DNA from: Gemmatimonadota bacterium | GTDB lineage: Bacteria > Gemmatimonadota > Gemmatimonadetes > Gemmatimonadales > Gemmatimonadaceae | DNA: 28,529 bases | Reading direction: 5' to 3' | Assembly (NCBI GenBank): GCA_031372565.1 | Contig: JANMLN010000101.1 | Coordinates: forward strand, 1-28,529 | Part shown: positions 18,125-26,341 of the stretch, one piece after another | Layout: the number at the start of each line of letters is the position of its first letter | How positions within the stretch are numbered: position 1 is the stretch's first letter | Notes under the pieces: model-generated | The model's input: only the letters and a program-made list of their open reading frames with translations | What the model was told of the DNA's origin: nothing | The model's database searches: none | Program-made: the position numbers and the translations under genes

Positions 18125-18127
18125 ACC

Positions 18128-19984
18128 ATGCCGCGCATCCTCCGCCTCCTCATCGCCCTCGCGCTCGCCCCCGCGGCCCTCGCCGCGCAGGCGCCCGCCT
18201 TCGACTCCGTCCGCGTCACCACGGACGTCATGATGCCCATGCGCGATGGGCTCCTGATGGCCATGGACCTGTACCGCCCCGTGCGGAACGGCGTGGTCGT
18301 GTCCGAGCCGCTCCCCATCCTCCTCAACCGCACGCCGTACGGACGCGAGACCCTCGCCGCCTCGGCGCGCTACTTCGCGCAACGCGGCTACGTGGTCGCG
18401 GTGCAGAGCCTGCGTGGCCGCTACAGCTCGCAGGGGGTGTTCCTCAAGGTGCAGCCGGCCGACGCCACCGACGGCTACGACGCGATCCAGTGGCTGGCCA
18501 GGCAGCCGTACGCGAATGGCAAGGTCGGCATGTGGGGGCAGTCGTTCGCGGCGCACTCGCAGGCAGGCGCGGCGCAGCTCAAGCCACCGGCGCTCGCCGC
18601 GCTCGTGCTCAACATGGGCGGCCTGGCCAACGGATGGGACCATGGCGTGCGCTACCGCGGCACGTACGAGATGGGACGGCAGATCACCTGGGCGTGGTCG
18701 CAGCTGTTGGCCGATGCGAAGCGGCCCGAAGTGAAGGCGGTGCTCGAACGCGAAAAGGTCGAGGACTGGTACGCGCGGCAACCGATGCGTCGCGGGCTGA
18801 ACCCGCTGTCGGTCGAACCCACGTACGAAGGCTGGTATCTCGACTTCTTCGAGCACGCGGACTACGACGCCTTCTGGAAGGACCGGATGGTCAACTGGTC
18901 CGAGCACTACGACGAGACCGCCGACATCCCGATGCTCCACGTCGGCGGCTGGTACGACATCTTCCTCGCGGGCACCTTCCAGAACTTCAGCGAGCTCCGC
19001 AAGCGCAACCGGACGCCACAGCGGCTGCTCGTGGGCCCGTGGACGCACTCGGGCAACCTGCGCCCCTATGCGGGCGATGTGAGCTTCGGCGCCGAGGGCG
19101 CGCTCCCGGAGTTCCAGACCGCGTTCCACATCAGGTGGTTCGACCATTTCATGAAGGGGATGGCCACCGGCGTGGAATCCGAGGCCCCGGTTCGCCTCTT
19201 CGTGATGGGCACGGGAGACGGTCACAAGGACAGCGACAAGCGGCTCTTCCACGGCGGCGTGTGGAAGGACTTCGCCTCGTGGCCCGTGGCCGGCACGCGC
19301 TTCGTGCCGTACTACTTCCACGCCGATGGCACGCTGTCACCGGACAAGCCAACGGCAGTCACGTCGCAGACCACGTACACCTTCGACCCCGCGCATCCGG
19401 TGCCCACGATCGGCGGAGGGTCATCGGCTCGGCTCAAGGACGGCGCCTACGACCAGCGCGAGGACCCGCGCTTCCCTCCCTCTGCCGCGCCGTGGATGCC
19501 GCTCCGGTCCCGCAGCGACGTGGTCGTGTTCCAGACCGCGCCGCTCACGGAGGACATGACGGTGATCGGCCCGATCACCGTCACGCTGTATGCCGCCAGC
19601 AACCGGACCGACACCGACTTCACGGCGAAGCTCGTGGACGTGTATCCGTCGAGCGTGGAGTGGCCGGGCGGGTTTGACCTGAACCTCACCGATGCGATCG
19701 TGCGCGGCCGGTATCGGGCCACGCGCGACCATCAGGTGCTGCTCACGCCGGGAAAGGCCTACCAGTTCACGATCGCTCCCTTCCCCACGGCCAACGTCTT
19801 CAAGAAGGGGCACCGGATCCGGGTGGACATCTCGAGCTCGAACTTCCCGCGCTTCGACGTGAACCCGGGCACCGGCGAGCCGTTGGGCAAGAACCGCCGC
19901 ATGGTGCCGCAGGACAACACGATCTTCCACAGCGCGCGATTGCCGTCACGCATCGTGCTGCCGCTCGCACCGGCCGTGCGGTGA
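18128..19984 (+). CDS. CocE/NonD family serine hydrolase (peptidase S15-like), exported
   Basis: Signal peptide; PMRDG, RTPYG, DGYDAIQW, nucleophile GQSFAA, GGWYD, GPWTH, DTDFTAKLVDV and SSSNFPRFD. Confidence 0.92.
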   Translation: MPRILRLLIALALAPAALAAQAPAFDSVRVTTDVMMPMRDGLLMAMDLYRPVRNGVVVSEPLPILLNRTPYGRETLAASARYFAQRGYVVAVQSLRGRYSSQGVFLKVQPADATDGYDAIQWLARQPYANGKVGMWGQSFAAHSQAGAAQLKPPALAALVLNMGGLANGWDHGVRYRGTYEMGRQITWAWSQLLADAKRPEVKAVLEREKVEDWYARQPMRRGLNPLSVEPTYEGWYLDFFEHADYDAFWKDRMVNWSEHYDETADIPMLHVGGWYDIFLAGTFQNFSELRKRNRTPQRLLVGPWTHSGNLRPYAGDVSFGAEGALPEFQTAFHIRWFDHFMKGMATGVESEAPVRLFVMGTGDGHKDSDKRLFHGGVWKDFASWPVAGTRFVPYYFHADGTLSPDKPTAVTSQTTYTFDPAHPVPTIGGGSSARLKDGAYDQREDPRFPPSAAPWMPLRSRSDVVVFQTAPLTEDMTVIGPITVTLYAASNRTDTDFTAKLVDVYPSSVEWPGGFDLNLTDAIVRGRYRATRDHQVLLTPGKAYQFTIAPFPTANVFKKGHRIRVDISSSNFPRFDVNPGTGEPLGKNRRMVPQDNTIFHSARLPSRIVLPLAPAVR

Positions 19985-20006
19985 GCGTCACGCGCGCTTG
20001 AGTGCG

Positions 20007-21335
20007 ATGCTGACCTTCCTGGCGTTTGCGATGGTCGCGACCTTCATGGCGCTGATCATGACCAAGCGGTTGGCGCCCATCACCGCGCTCATCCTGATCC
20101 CGATCGTGTTCGGGGCGCTGGCCGGCTTCGCGCCCACGCTCGGACCGATGATGCTCGACGGGATCAAGGCGATCGCGCCCACCGGCGTGATGCTCATGTT
20201 CGCGATCCTGTACTTCGCGATCATGCTCGACGCGGGGCTCTTCGACCCGTTCGTGGCGCTCATCCTGCGCCTGGTGAAGGGCGACCCGGCGCGCGTCGTG
20301 CTCGGCACGGCGGTGTTGGCGCTGCTCGTCTCGCTCGACGGCGATGGCTCGACCACCTACATGATCACCACGGCGGCGATGTTGCCGCTCTACCTCAAGC
20401 TCGGCATCCGCCCGATCGTGCTGGCGTGCGTCACGATGCTCGCGGGGGGGATCATGAACCTGCTGCCGTGGGGCGGACCCACCGCGCGCGTCGCCACCGC
20501 GCTGGCGGTCGACATGAGCGTGCTCTTTCCGCCGCTCGTGCCCGTGATGGCGGCGGGCGCGGCGTGGGTGCTCTTTGCCGCGTGGCAGTTGGGGCGCGGC
20601 GAACGTGCACGGTTGCTTGCGCAGGGCGGACCCGCGCCCGCGATGCCCGACCCGCATGCGGAGCATGGGCTGGTCGGGGCAGATGCCGACGAGACATCGG
20701 AGCAGCTCAAGCGCCCCAAGCTGCGCGTCGTCAATGCGCTGCTCACCGTTGCACTGCTGGTGGCGCTCATCAAGGCCGTGCTGCCGCTGCCGGTACTGTT
20801 CATGATCGGCTTCGCAATCGCGCTCATGATCAACTACCCGTCACTCGCGGATCAGCGGGCGCGGGTCGGCGCGCATGCGGGCAATGCGCTGGCGGTGGCC
20901 GGGGTCGTGTTCGCGGCCGGGATCTTCACCGGGATCTTGTCCGGCACGAAGATGATCGACGCAATGGCGGAGAGCGTGGTGCACCTCGTGCCGGCGGCAT
21001 TGGGTCCGTTCATGGCGCCAGTGACCGCGGTGTTGTCCGTGCCGTTCACCTTCTTCATCAGCAACGACGCGTTCTACTACGGTGTGGTGCCGATTCTCGC
21101 GAAGGCGGCGGCGCAGTACGGCATCACGCCGGTCGAGATCGGACGCGCGAGTCTCATGGGGCAGCCGGTGCACCTGCTGAGCCCGTTGGTGCCGAGTACG
21201 TACCTGCTGGTGGGGCTCTGCGGCGTGGAGTTCGACGAGCACCAGCGGTTCACGATCAAGTGGGCGGCGCTGAGTGTCGTCGTGCTGTTCTCGGTTTCCG
21301 TGCTTTTCCTCGCGCTTCCCTTCGTGCGCGGTTGA
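20007..21335 (+). CDS. CitMHS family citrate:cation/proton symporter
   Basis: FAILYF..MLDAGLFDP, SLDGDGSTTYMIT, NLLPWGGPTAR, SNDAFYYGVVP and HLLSPLVPSTYLLVG; multiple TMs. Confidence 0.9.
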   Translation: MLTFLAFAMVATFMALIMTKRLAPITALILIPIVFGALAGFAPTLGPMMLDGIKAIAPTGVMLMFAILYFAIMLDAGLFDPFVALILRLVKGDPARVVLGTAVLALLVSLDGDGSTTYMITTAAMLPLYLKLGIRPIVLACVTMLAGGIMNLLPWGGPTARVATALAVDMSVLFPPLVPVMAAGAAWVLFAAWQLGRGERARLLAQGGPAPAMPDPHAEHGLVGADADETSEQLKRPKLRVVNALLTVALLVALIKAVLPLPVLFMIGFAIALMINYPSLADQRARVGAHAGNALAVAGVVFAAGIFTGILSGTKMIDAMAESVVHLVPAALGPFMAPVTAVLSVPFTFFISNDAFYYGVVPILAKAAAQYGITPVEIGRASLMGQPVHLLSPLVPSTYLLVGLCGVEFDEHQRFTIKWAALSVVVLFSVSVLFLALPFVRG

Positions 21336-21571
21336 TCATCATTGCGCTGACATCTGAAGCGTTCAGGGCGCCTTCCCGTTCTCAGGATGTGGAACCTGAT
21401 TGCGTCCCCTTGCAGCGAGGCGCTTCCCTGTGGGGCTAGCGGCATTGAGCCGTGCGTGTATCTTCTCCATTTCAGCGCGGCGCTTGAGTTGGCCCCGGAC
21501 GACGGCGCCCGAAGAGGCCTTACTCCGCCGCAACACGAGGAGAGAGTTTTCTTTTCTCTCCGAGTATTGAG

Positions 21572-23041
21572 ATGGCAATGACCGCATTCCGCTGGGTAGC
21601 GCTCAATTCGACTTCAGACTTGGGCGCGCTCGCTTCCATTCTGGGCGATGAGTACGGGCCCAAGAAGGTTGCGCAGCGTCTTGAGGCGGACCTTTCCGAC
21701 GCGGTAAAGGGACTCTTGGTTGAGCTGCACTACGTCGACAAGGACTATCGTAGCACTTACTATCACTTCTACGCTAAACAGGGTAGGCACTATCGCGACG
21801 ACTGCGTGCGCCTCCACTTCTTCGACGCGAGCGTTTCGTTCGAGGAAGCAGAGCTTCGCCTCAGTTGCCCCGACAGTCTGACCGATCATTATTTCGGGTA
21901 CATGGTTCTGCGACCAACGGGAATCGCCACCGTTGGCCGTAGCGTACTATCGCCGGATGTGCGGAAGGGAGCTTGCAGGTCAATAGTCGTTGCTGACCAC
22001 AAGGCCCACGTGCTAGGGCATCGCCTTCTGGTGAAGGGATTCCCGTCCATGGACCAGCATGTCGACATCGCCGTCTGCGCGCATGTTGCCTGCTGGTCGA
22101 TTCTTCGCCACTACAGCGAGCGCTACTCTATCTATCGAGAGCACTTGACGCATGATGTGACGATGATGGCACAGGACTTCAACCCCGGCGGGCTTGTTCC
22201 CTCACTCGGCCTCACTGTCGCGAACGCTGAGCGTGTGTTCCAGCAAGCGGGTACCTTCCCGCTTCTTGTCACTCGTAGGCCAAAGGATCCCGATCCGGAG
22301 TTCTTCAGGCAGATTGGAGCTTACCTCGAGTCGGGATTCCCACTCTTTGCCTCGATGCGTTCTCGCGAGCACGCGATCGCGATTGTTGGACACGAGTGGG
22401 TTCCTAAGCGCGATTGGCCGTCTGGCGGTTTGAAGTTCTCTTGGGACGAGGTGGCACGGCTCTGTGTAGTGGATGATAACTACCTACCGTATCACTCCAT
22501 GCCTGCCCTCGGTTCTGGAACGCCGTATTCCATTGACGACGTTGACGCTTTCATCGTTCCACTACCGGAGAAGGTCTTCTACTCCGCGGAAGCTGTCGAT
22601 CGCCTGTGCCCAGCGGTGCACAAGCATTTCCACAAGCTGCTTGGGTTACCGAGCGCTGACCAGTTGAATGTGCGTTACTTCGTGACGACTGCCTCATCCC
22701 TCCGCGAGTTCATCCGCGAGAGGGCTTCTGAGTTCGATCCGGCGCTCAGGAATGCCCTCATGACGCTACCGCTCACTCAGTTTGTATGGGTGGTTGAGTT
22801 CGCGACTGAGAGTCAGTGGGGTAGCCGACAGGTCTGCGCACGGGCAATTGCAGACGCGACAGCCAGCGTCAGAGATCCTCTGCCACTCTGGGCAATCCAT
22901 TCGCTAGACCGGGCGCTCGTTTTTGATCGGCGCAGTCGAATGGGAACTCCCGCAACAAACGCTTCCTTGATGCAGTACCCGACCACAGTCTCGGGATTTT
23001 CAAGAATGGAGCGAAACCTCCGTCCTACCCAGCCAAAATGA
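21572..23041 (+). CDS. Hypothetical protein with putative papain-like (C39-like) Cys-His-Asp core
   Basis: FPSMDQ..IAVCAHVACWSIL (Gln and Cys), YLESGFP, EHAIAIVGH (His) and VVDDNYLPY (Asp) appear in papain-fold order; alternative start at 21578. Confidence 0.65.
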   Translation: MAMTAFRWVALNSTSDLGALASILGDEYGPKKVAQRLEADLSDAVKGLLVELHYVDKDYRSTYYHFYAKQGRHYRDDCVRLHFFDASVSFEEAELRLSCPDSLTDHYFGYMVLRPTGIATVGRSVLSPDVRKGACRSIVVADHKAHVLGHRLLVKGFPSMDQHVDIAVCAHVACWSILRHYSERYSIYREHLTHDVTMMAQDFNPGGLVPSLGLTVANAERVFQQAGTFPLLVTRRPKDPDPEFFRQIGAYLESGFPLFASMRSREHAIAIVGHEWVPKRDWPSGGLKFSWDEVARLCVVDDNYLPYHSMPALGSGTPYSIDDVDAFIVPLPEKVFYSAEAVDRLCPAVHKHFHKLLGLPSADQLNVRYFVTTASSLREFIRERASEFDPALRNALMTLPLTQFVWVVEFATESQWGSRQVCARAIADATASVRDPLPLWAIHSLDRALVFDRRSRMGTPATNASLMQYPTTVSGFSRMERNLRPTQPK

Positions 23042-23265
23042 GTGACGAGACATCCGCACCTCCGACGCCGTCGAATGTTGTTTCGGGGCAGCCGGCCTCA
23101 GCTCTTAGGAGCTATGCTCAGCTAACTCCTGAAGAGCGTGCGCATTTTGACGCCTTCATCGATGAGATGTCGAGTTCGATAATTCCCGCGATCGTAAGCG
23201 ATGCTGAGGAACGTCAGCGCCTGGCGTTGAGAAGCCGTCAGGAGCCGCTCTCAAATCAACGGTAG
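23038..23265 (+). CDS. Small hypothetical protein (75 aa), coupled to the upstream gene
   Basis: ATGA overlap with the 21572..23041 stop; helical-looking C-terminal half. Confidence 0.55.
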   Translation: MSDETSAPPTPSNVVSGQPASALRSYAQLTPEERAHFDAFIDEMSSSIIPAIVSDAEERQRLALRSRQEPLSNQR

Positions 23266-23276
23266 GTGCGTTCGAG

Positions 23277-23636
23277 CTACTGTTGTGGCTTTCTCATTCT
23301 CTCGTAGGCTGTTCGCACTATCGCTTCGATGGCCTCGGCTGATTGCTCGTCGAGACTCGGATCTGATCGAAGCAGGCGAGAGATGGTACCGATGGCTGCG
23401 CCCGAATTCGAGTGACGTTCTTGCCTCACGAAATCGGACGGATTGAGATCGGCCCAGGCGGACAGCGCTGCGAGGCTTGCAGCATCTGGGAACTTTCCTT
23501 GCGCCATCCTTGTCAGTGTCGAAGCGCTAACTCCTGTTGCCTCAGATACTTGCTTCCAGGTTAGCCCTCTCGACTCGACTACTAGTCGAAGCGAAGCGAA
23601 GTAGCCCGCCCCGTCGAAACCCTTGTTCTTTGTCAT
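23277..23636 (-). CDS. XRE-family helix-turn-helix transcriptional regulator
   Basis: RGLTWKQVSEATGVSASTLTRMAQGKFPDAASLAALSAW; ATG at 23636; divergent from the Ubl operon. Confidence 0.88.
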   Translation of the reverse strand: MTKNKGFDGAGYFASLRLVVESRGLTWKQVSEATGVSASTLTRMAQGKFPDAASLAALSAWADLNPSDFVRQERHSNSGAAIGTISRLLRSDPSLDEQSAEAIEAIVRTAYERMRKPQQ

Positions 23637-23645
23637 GTCCGTTAG

Positions 23646-23713
23646 ATTGCTAATATGCAATGAACTTGCGAATAACAAATTGGCCGTTTATAATCCTATT
23701 TCAGAATAGCAAT
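23646..23713 (+). promoter_or_regulatory. Sigma-70 promoter of the Ubl operon flanked by two operator-like palindromes
   Basis: TTGCGA (23666-23671), N17, TATAAT (23689-23694); palindromes ATTGC-TAATAT-GCAAT (23646-23661) and ATTTC-AGAATA-GCAAT (23698-23713); RBS AAGGAG at 23730-23735. Confidence 0.72.
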
Positions 23714-23741
23714 TCGATTCTCTTTCTGCAAGGAGCATGCT

Positions 23742-24041
23742 ATGGACGAGCATCTGTCCCACCCGTCGGAAGGTGACGAAGCGGAGAGCGAAGCAGCTAA
23801 GTCGAAGCCGCATCTCGTTGAGATCACGGTGAACGAGCAGCCCGTACGAGTCGAGGGCGAGCGCGCGAGCGGCGCCGCAATCAAGGCCGCCGCACTGGTT
23901 CAGGGCGTGCTGATTCAGGCGAACTTCGTCCTACAAGAGGAACTCCCAAACGGTACGAGTCGCGTCATTGGCGATGCAGACGTCATTCGTCTGCGCCAGC
24001 ATCAGCGATTCACGGCGATCGCGCCAGATGACAACTCCTAA
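23742..24041 (+). CDS. Prokaryotic ubiquitin-like protein (multiubiquitin-type beta-grasp domain)
   Basis: VEITVNEQPVRV...SGAAIKAAA....FVL....IGDADVIRL....RF pattern with short tail APDDNS; first gene of an E2/E1 operon. Confidence 0.8.
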   Translation: MDEHLSHPSEGDEAESEAAKSKPHLVEITVNEQPVRVEGERASGAAIKAAALVQGVLIQANFVLQEELPNGTSRVIGDADVIRLRQHQRFTAIAPDDNS

Positions 24042-24052
24042 CCGACTTCGAT

Positions 24053-24442
24053 ATGAAACTCGAGGTCTCGAAGGGGATCGATGAGTTGCGTCGACAGTTC
24101 CCTGCATCCACGCTCACGATACGTGAAGATGGACAAGGAGGGGCCTATGTGCTTCTCGAGCCGTTTGAGCTCGGGGCCCACTGTAGACCTAGTTCAACTT
24201 GGATAGGCTTTCATATTCCACCGCAGTATCCGTACTCTGACATCTACCCGGCTTTCATTGGGGCTGAAGTCACCTGCTCAAACGGACGGCCTCTCGCCGG
24301 TCCGGTTACACCAGGACACAGTTTTGAGGGCAGACCTGCGCTTCAGGTTTCTCGCCGCAACACTTCCGCCCCAAACGGGCACCAAACTGTTACCAGCAAG
24401 CTCCTAAAGATCTTGGCCTTTCTGTCAACTGCGGTACAATGA
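24053..24442 (+). CDS. Prokaryotic E2/UBC-like protein
   Basis: UBC-like FHIPPQYPYSDIYP motif; QVSRR at the expected active-site position; C-terminal helix; lies between the Ubl and E1 genes. Confidence 0.7.
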   Translation: MKLEVSKGIDELRRQFPASTLTIREDGQGGAYVLLEPFELGAHCRPSSTWIGFHIPPQYPYSDIYPAFIGAEVTCSNGRPLAGPVTPGHSFEGRPALQVSRRNTSAPNGHQTVTSKLLKILAFLSTAVQ

Positions 24443-25815
24443 ATACCTGTCGAGTACGAATCACACGTTCAGCCTTCGACGAGCTGAGTTCGCATCTTTT
24501 CCCAGGAGATGGCGACGAGCATGGCGCCGTCATGCTTGCCGGCGTGTCGACCTTCTCCTCAGATCAGACTGTGCTCACCGTTCGCGAAGTTCATCACGCA
24601 GCATTCGGCACTGACTACGTAGAGGGTACATACGGGTATCGCGCCCTCTCTCCGCGCTTCATCCACCGACTAATTACCCGTGCGCGCGACGAGCGGCTCG
24701 CCTACATCGCTGTTCACAACCACGCGACGAAGTCTTCGGTACGCTTCAGCCGAATCGACCTCGATTCCCACGAAAGGGGCTATCCCGCGCTACTACAGAT
24801 TGCACGCGGCATGCCGGTTGGCGCGATGGTGTTTGGAACTGATTCGGCCGAAATCGACCTGTGGATGCCCGACGGCACGCGCCACTCTCTCGACCGAGCC
24901 ACTATCGTTGGCGCGGGGATTCGCGACATAAGGCCGCAGCCACTTCCGGTAGCTACCGTAGTATCCGACGTCTTTGATCGGCAGGTACGGTTGTTGGGGA
25001 GCGAAGGCCAACGCCGCCTAGCAAAGTCCAAGGTTGCGATAGTGGGCCTTGGAGGAATCGGAAGTCTAGTCGCAGACTATCTGTCGCGTCTCGGCGTCGA
25101 GCGCTTTGTACTGATTGACCCTGATGCGGTCGAAGCTTCGAATCTCTCACGTATTGCGGGCTCAAAGCCCAGTGATGCGAAGCGCCGAACGTTGAAGGTC
25201 GACGTCACTACCAGGTTGATTCGATCAGTTCGAAGATCCGCAACCATCGCCGCATTTCCCGCCGACGTCGCGAACTCAACGGTGGCTCGAGAGCTCTGTG
25301 ATTGTGATTACATCTTCGTTGCTGCAGACTCGATGAGAGCACGTCTGGTCTGCAACGCGGTGGTGCAGCAGTATCTGATCCCGGGAGTGCAGCTCGGCTC
25401 GAAGATTCGGGCCACAACCGATGGGCAGCTGTTGGACATCCTCAGCGCCAATCGACCACTTCGGCCTGGTCACGGGTGCTTGTGGTGCAATCAGCTTATC
25501 GACCCAACAGAGCTCGCGCTTGAGGCAAAATCGGACCACGAGCGCCGAGAGCAGGCTTACGGTGTACGGGAACCGAATCCGAGTGTCATAAGCTTGAACG
25601 CGATTTCAGCTGCTCACGCGACGAACGACTTCTTGCTCGATTTTCTTTGTCTACGCGAAGAGCCGGAAGATGTCTATTTCGAGCATTTTCACCCTCTTTC
25701 GCACCGCTTCATGCGAGTGTTACCGCGCAGGGACCCAAACTGTTCTGAATGCGGGTCGACGGGCCTGCGATTCGCCCGTGGGGACGGCGTAGAACTTCCC
25801 TGTTCGGAAGGCTAG
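24439..25815 (+). CDS. JAB/MPN metallopeptidase fused to a ThiF/E1 adenylyltransferase
   Basis: JAB: DEHGAV and HNH-x8-S-x2-D. E1: DRQ, VGLGGIGS, DPDAVEASNLSR, ADSMRAR, Zn pairs CLWC and CSEC, and PSVISLN. ATGA overlap with the E2 gene. Confidence 0.9.
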   Translation: MNTCRVRITRSAFDELSSHLFPGDGDEHGAVMLAGVSTFSSDQTVLTVREVHHAAFGTDYVEGTYGYRALSPRFIHRLITRARDERLAYIAVHNHATKSSVRFSRIDLDSHERGYPALLQIARGMPVGAMVFGTDSAEIDLWMPDGTRHSLDRATIVGAGIRDIRPQPLPVATVVSDVFDRQVRLLGSEGQRRLAKSKVAIVGLGGIGSLVADYLSRLGVERFVLIDPDAVEASNLSRIAGSKPSDAKRRTLKVDVTTRLIRSVRRSATIAAFPADVANSTVARELCDCDYIFVAADSMRARLVCNAVVQQYLIPGVQLGSKIRATTDGQLLDILSANRPLRPGHGCLWCNQLIDPTELALEAKSDHERREQAYGVREPNPSVISLNAISAAHATNDFLLDFLCLREEPEDVYFEHFHPLSHRFMRVLPRRDPNCSECGSTGLRFARGDGVELPCSEG

Positions 25816-25841
25816 GCTCCGACTACTGCTACCACCAAGTC

Positions 25842-25970
25842 GTGCCGATCTTGGCGAAGGCGGCGGCGCAGTACGGCATCACGCCGGTCGAGATTGGGCG
25901 CGCGAGTCTCATGGGGCAGCCGGTGCACCTGCTGCGCCCGATGGTGCCGAGTACGTACCTGCTGGTGGGG
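25842..25970 (+). pseudogene. Duplicated fragment from the 3' region of the citMHS gene (direct repeat of 21087-21215)
   Basis: 129 bp with 7 mismatches by manual alignment; encodes VPILAKAAAQYGITPVEIGRASLMGQPVHLLRPMVPSTYLLVG; cut off by IS3. Confidence 0.92.
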
Positions 25971-26026
25971 TGTAGTTGACCCGTTTCGGTGGAGCCTTAT
26001 TCTCTGTGTGAGAGGAGGAGTCCCCG

Positions 26027-26341
26027 ATGCCCCGCCGTCCCGCTGCCTATCCACCGGCCTATCGTGAGCAGATCATCGCCCTCGCCCGTGCCGGCAAGAG
26101 TGCCAAAGAGTTGTCGCAGGAGTTCGAGCCGTCTGAGCAGACGATTCGCAATTGGATCTTCCAAGCTGAGGCGGATCGAGGCGCGCGCCCTGGTGCGATG
26201 ACGAGCGATGAGCGGGCGGAACTCAGCCGCCTCCGACGCGAGAATCGGCAGCTCAAGGTGGAGCGCGACATCTTGGGAAAAGCCGCGGCCTGGTTTGCAC
26301 GGGAGTCGGGGACGATTCCGTCCGACTCTACAAGTTCGTGA
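26027..26341 (+). CDS. IS3-family transposase OrfA
   Basis: YPPAYREQII..., HTH TIRNW and zipper ELSRLRRENRQLKVERDILGKAAAWFA; RBS GAGGAG; slippery site G-GGA-AAA at 26275-26281. Confidence 0.9.
   Translation: MPRRPAAYPPAYREQIIALARAGKSAKELSQEFEPSEQTIRNWIFQAEADRGARPGAMTSDERAELSRLRRENRQLKVERDILGKAAAWFARESGTIPSDSTSS

Larger units (their letters stand above)
21336..25841. mobile_element. Horizontally acquired lower-GC cassette (probable defence island) with no integrase
   Basis: Abrupt fall in GC and loss of GC3 bias right after the citMHS stop; no REP elements; high GC resumes at a duplicate of a 3' citMHS segment. Confidence 0.75.

Noticed and set aside
17808..18127. Repeat-rich N-terminal extensions (QVLRFAQDD, VVLSEAKDL) on the DSD1 and CocE ORFs, and likewise on ggt
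   Set aside because: They are translations of the REP-like DNA. Downstream ATGs give normal N-termini or signal peptides.
1918..19677. Many long antisense or alternate-frame ORFs (e.g. 1918..3591 +, 8019..9623 +, 12830..14512 -, 17702..19321 -, 17971..19677 +)
   Set aside because: These are shadow ORFs typical of high-GC DNA. They are Arg/Ala/Pro-rich, carry no motifs and overlap well-supported genes.
21336..21571. Short ORFs (21363..21587 -, 21387..21581 +) and hairpin GGAGAGA-N9-TCTCTCC at about 21539-21561
   Set aside because: No recognisable motif or RBS. The hairpin lacks a following U-tract, so neither a gene nor a terminator is supported.
24439..25815. Housekeeping ThiF/MoeB for thiamine or molybdopterin synthesis, or CBASS Cap2/Cap3
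   Set aside because: No thi or moa genes and no GG-ended sulfur carrier nearby. There is no CD-NTase in the cassette, and the domain order is JAB-E1 with a separate E2 and Ubl.
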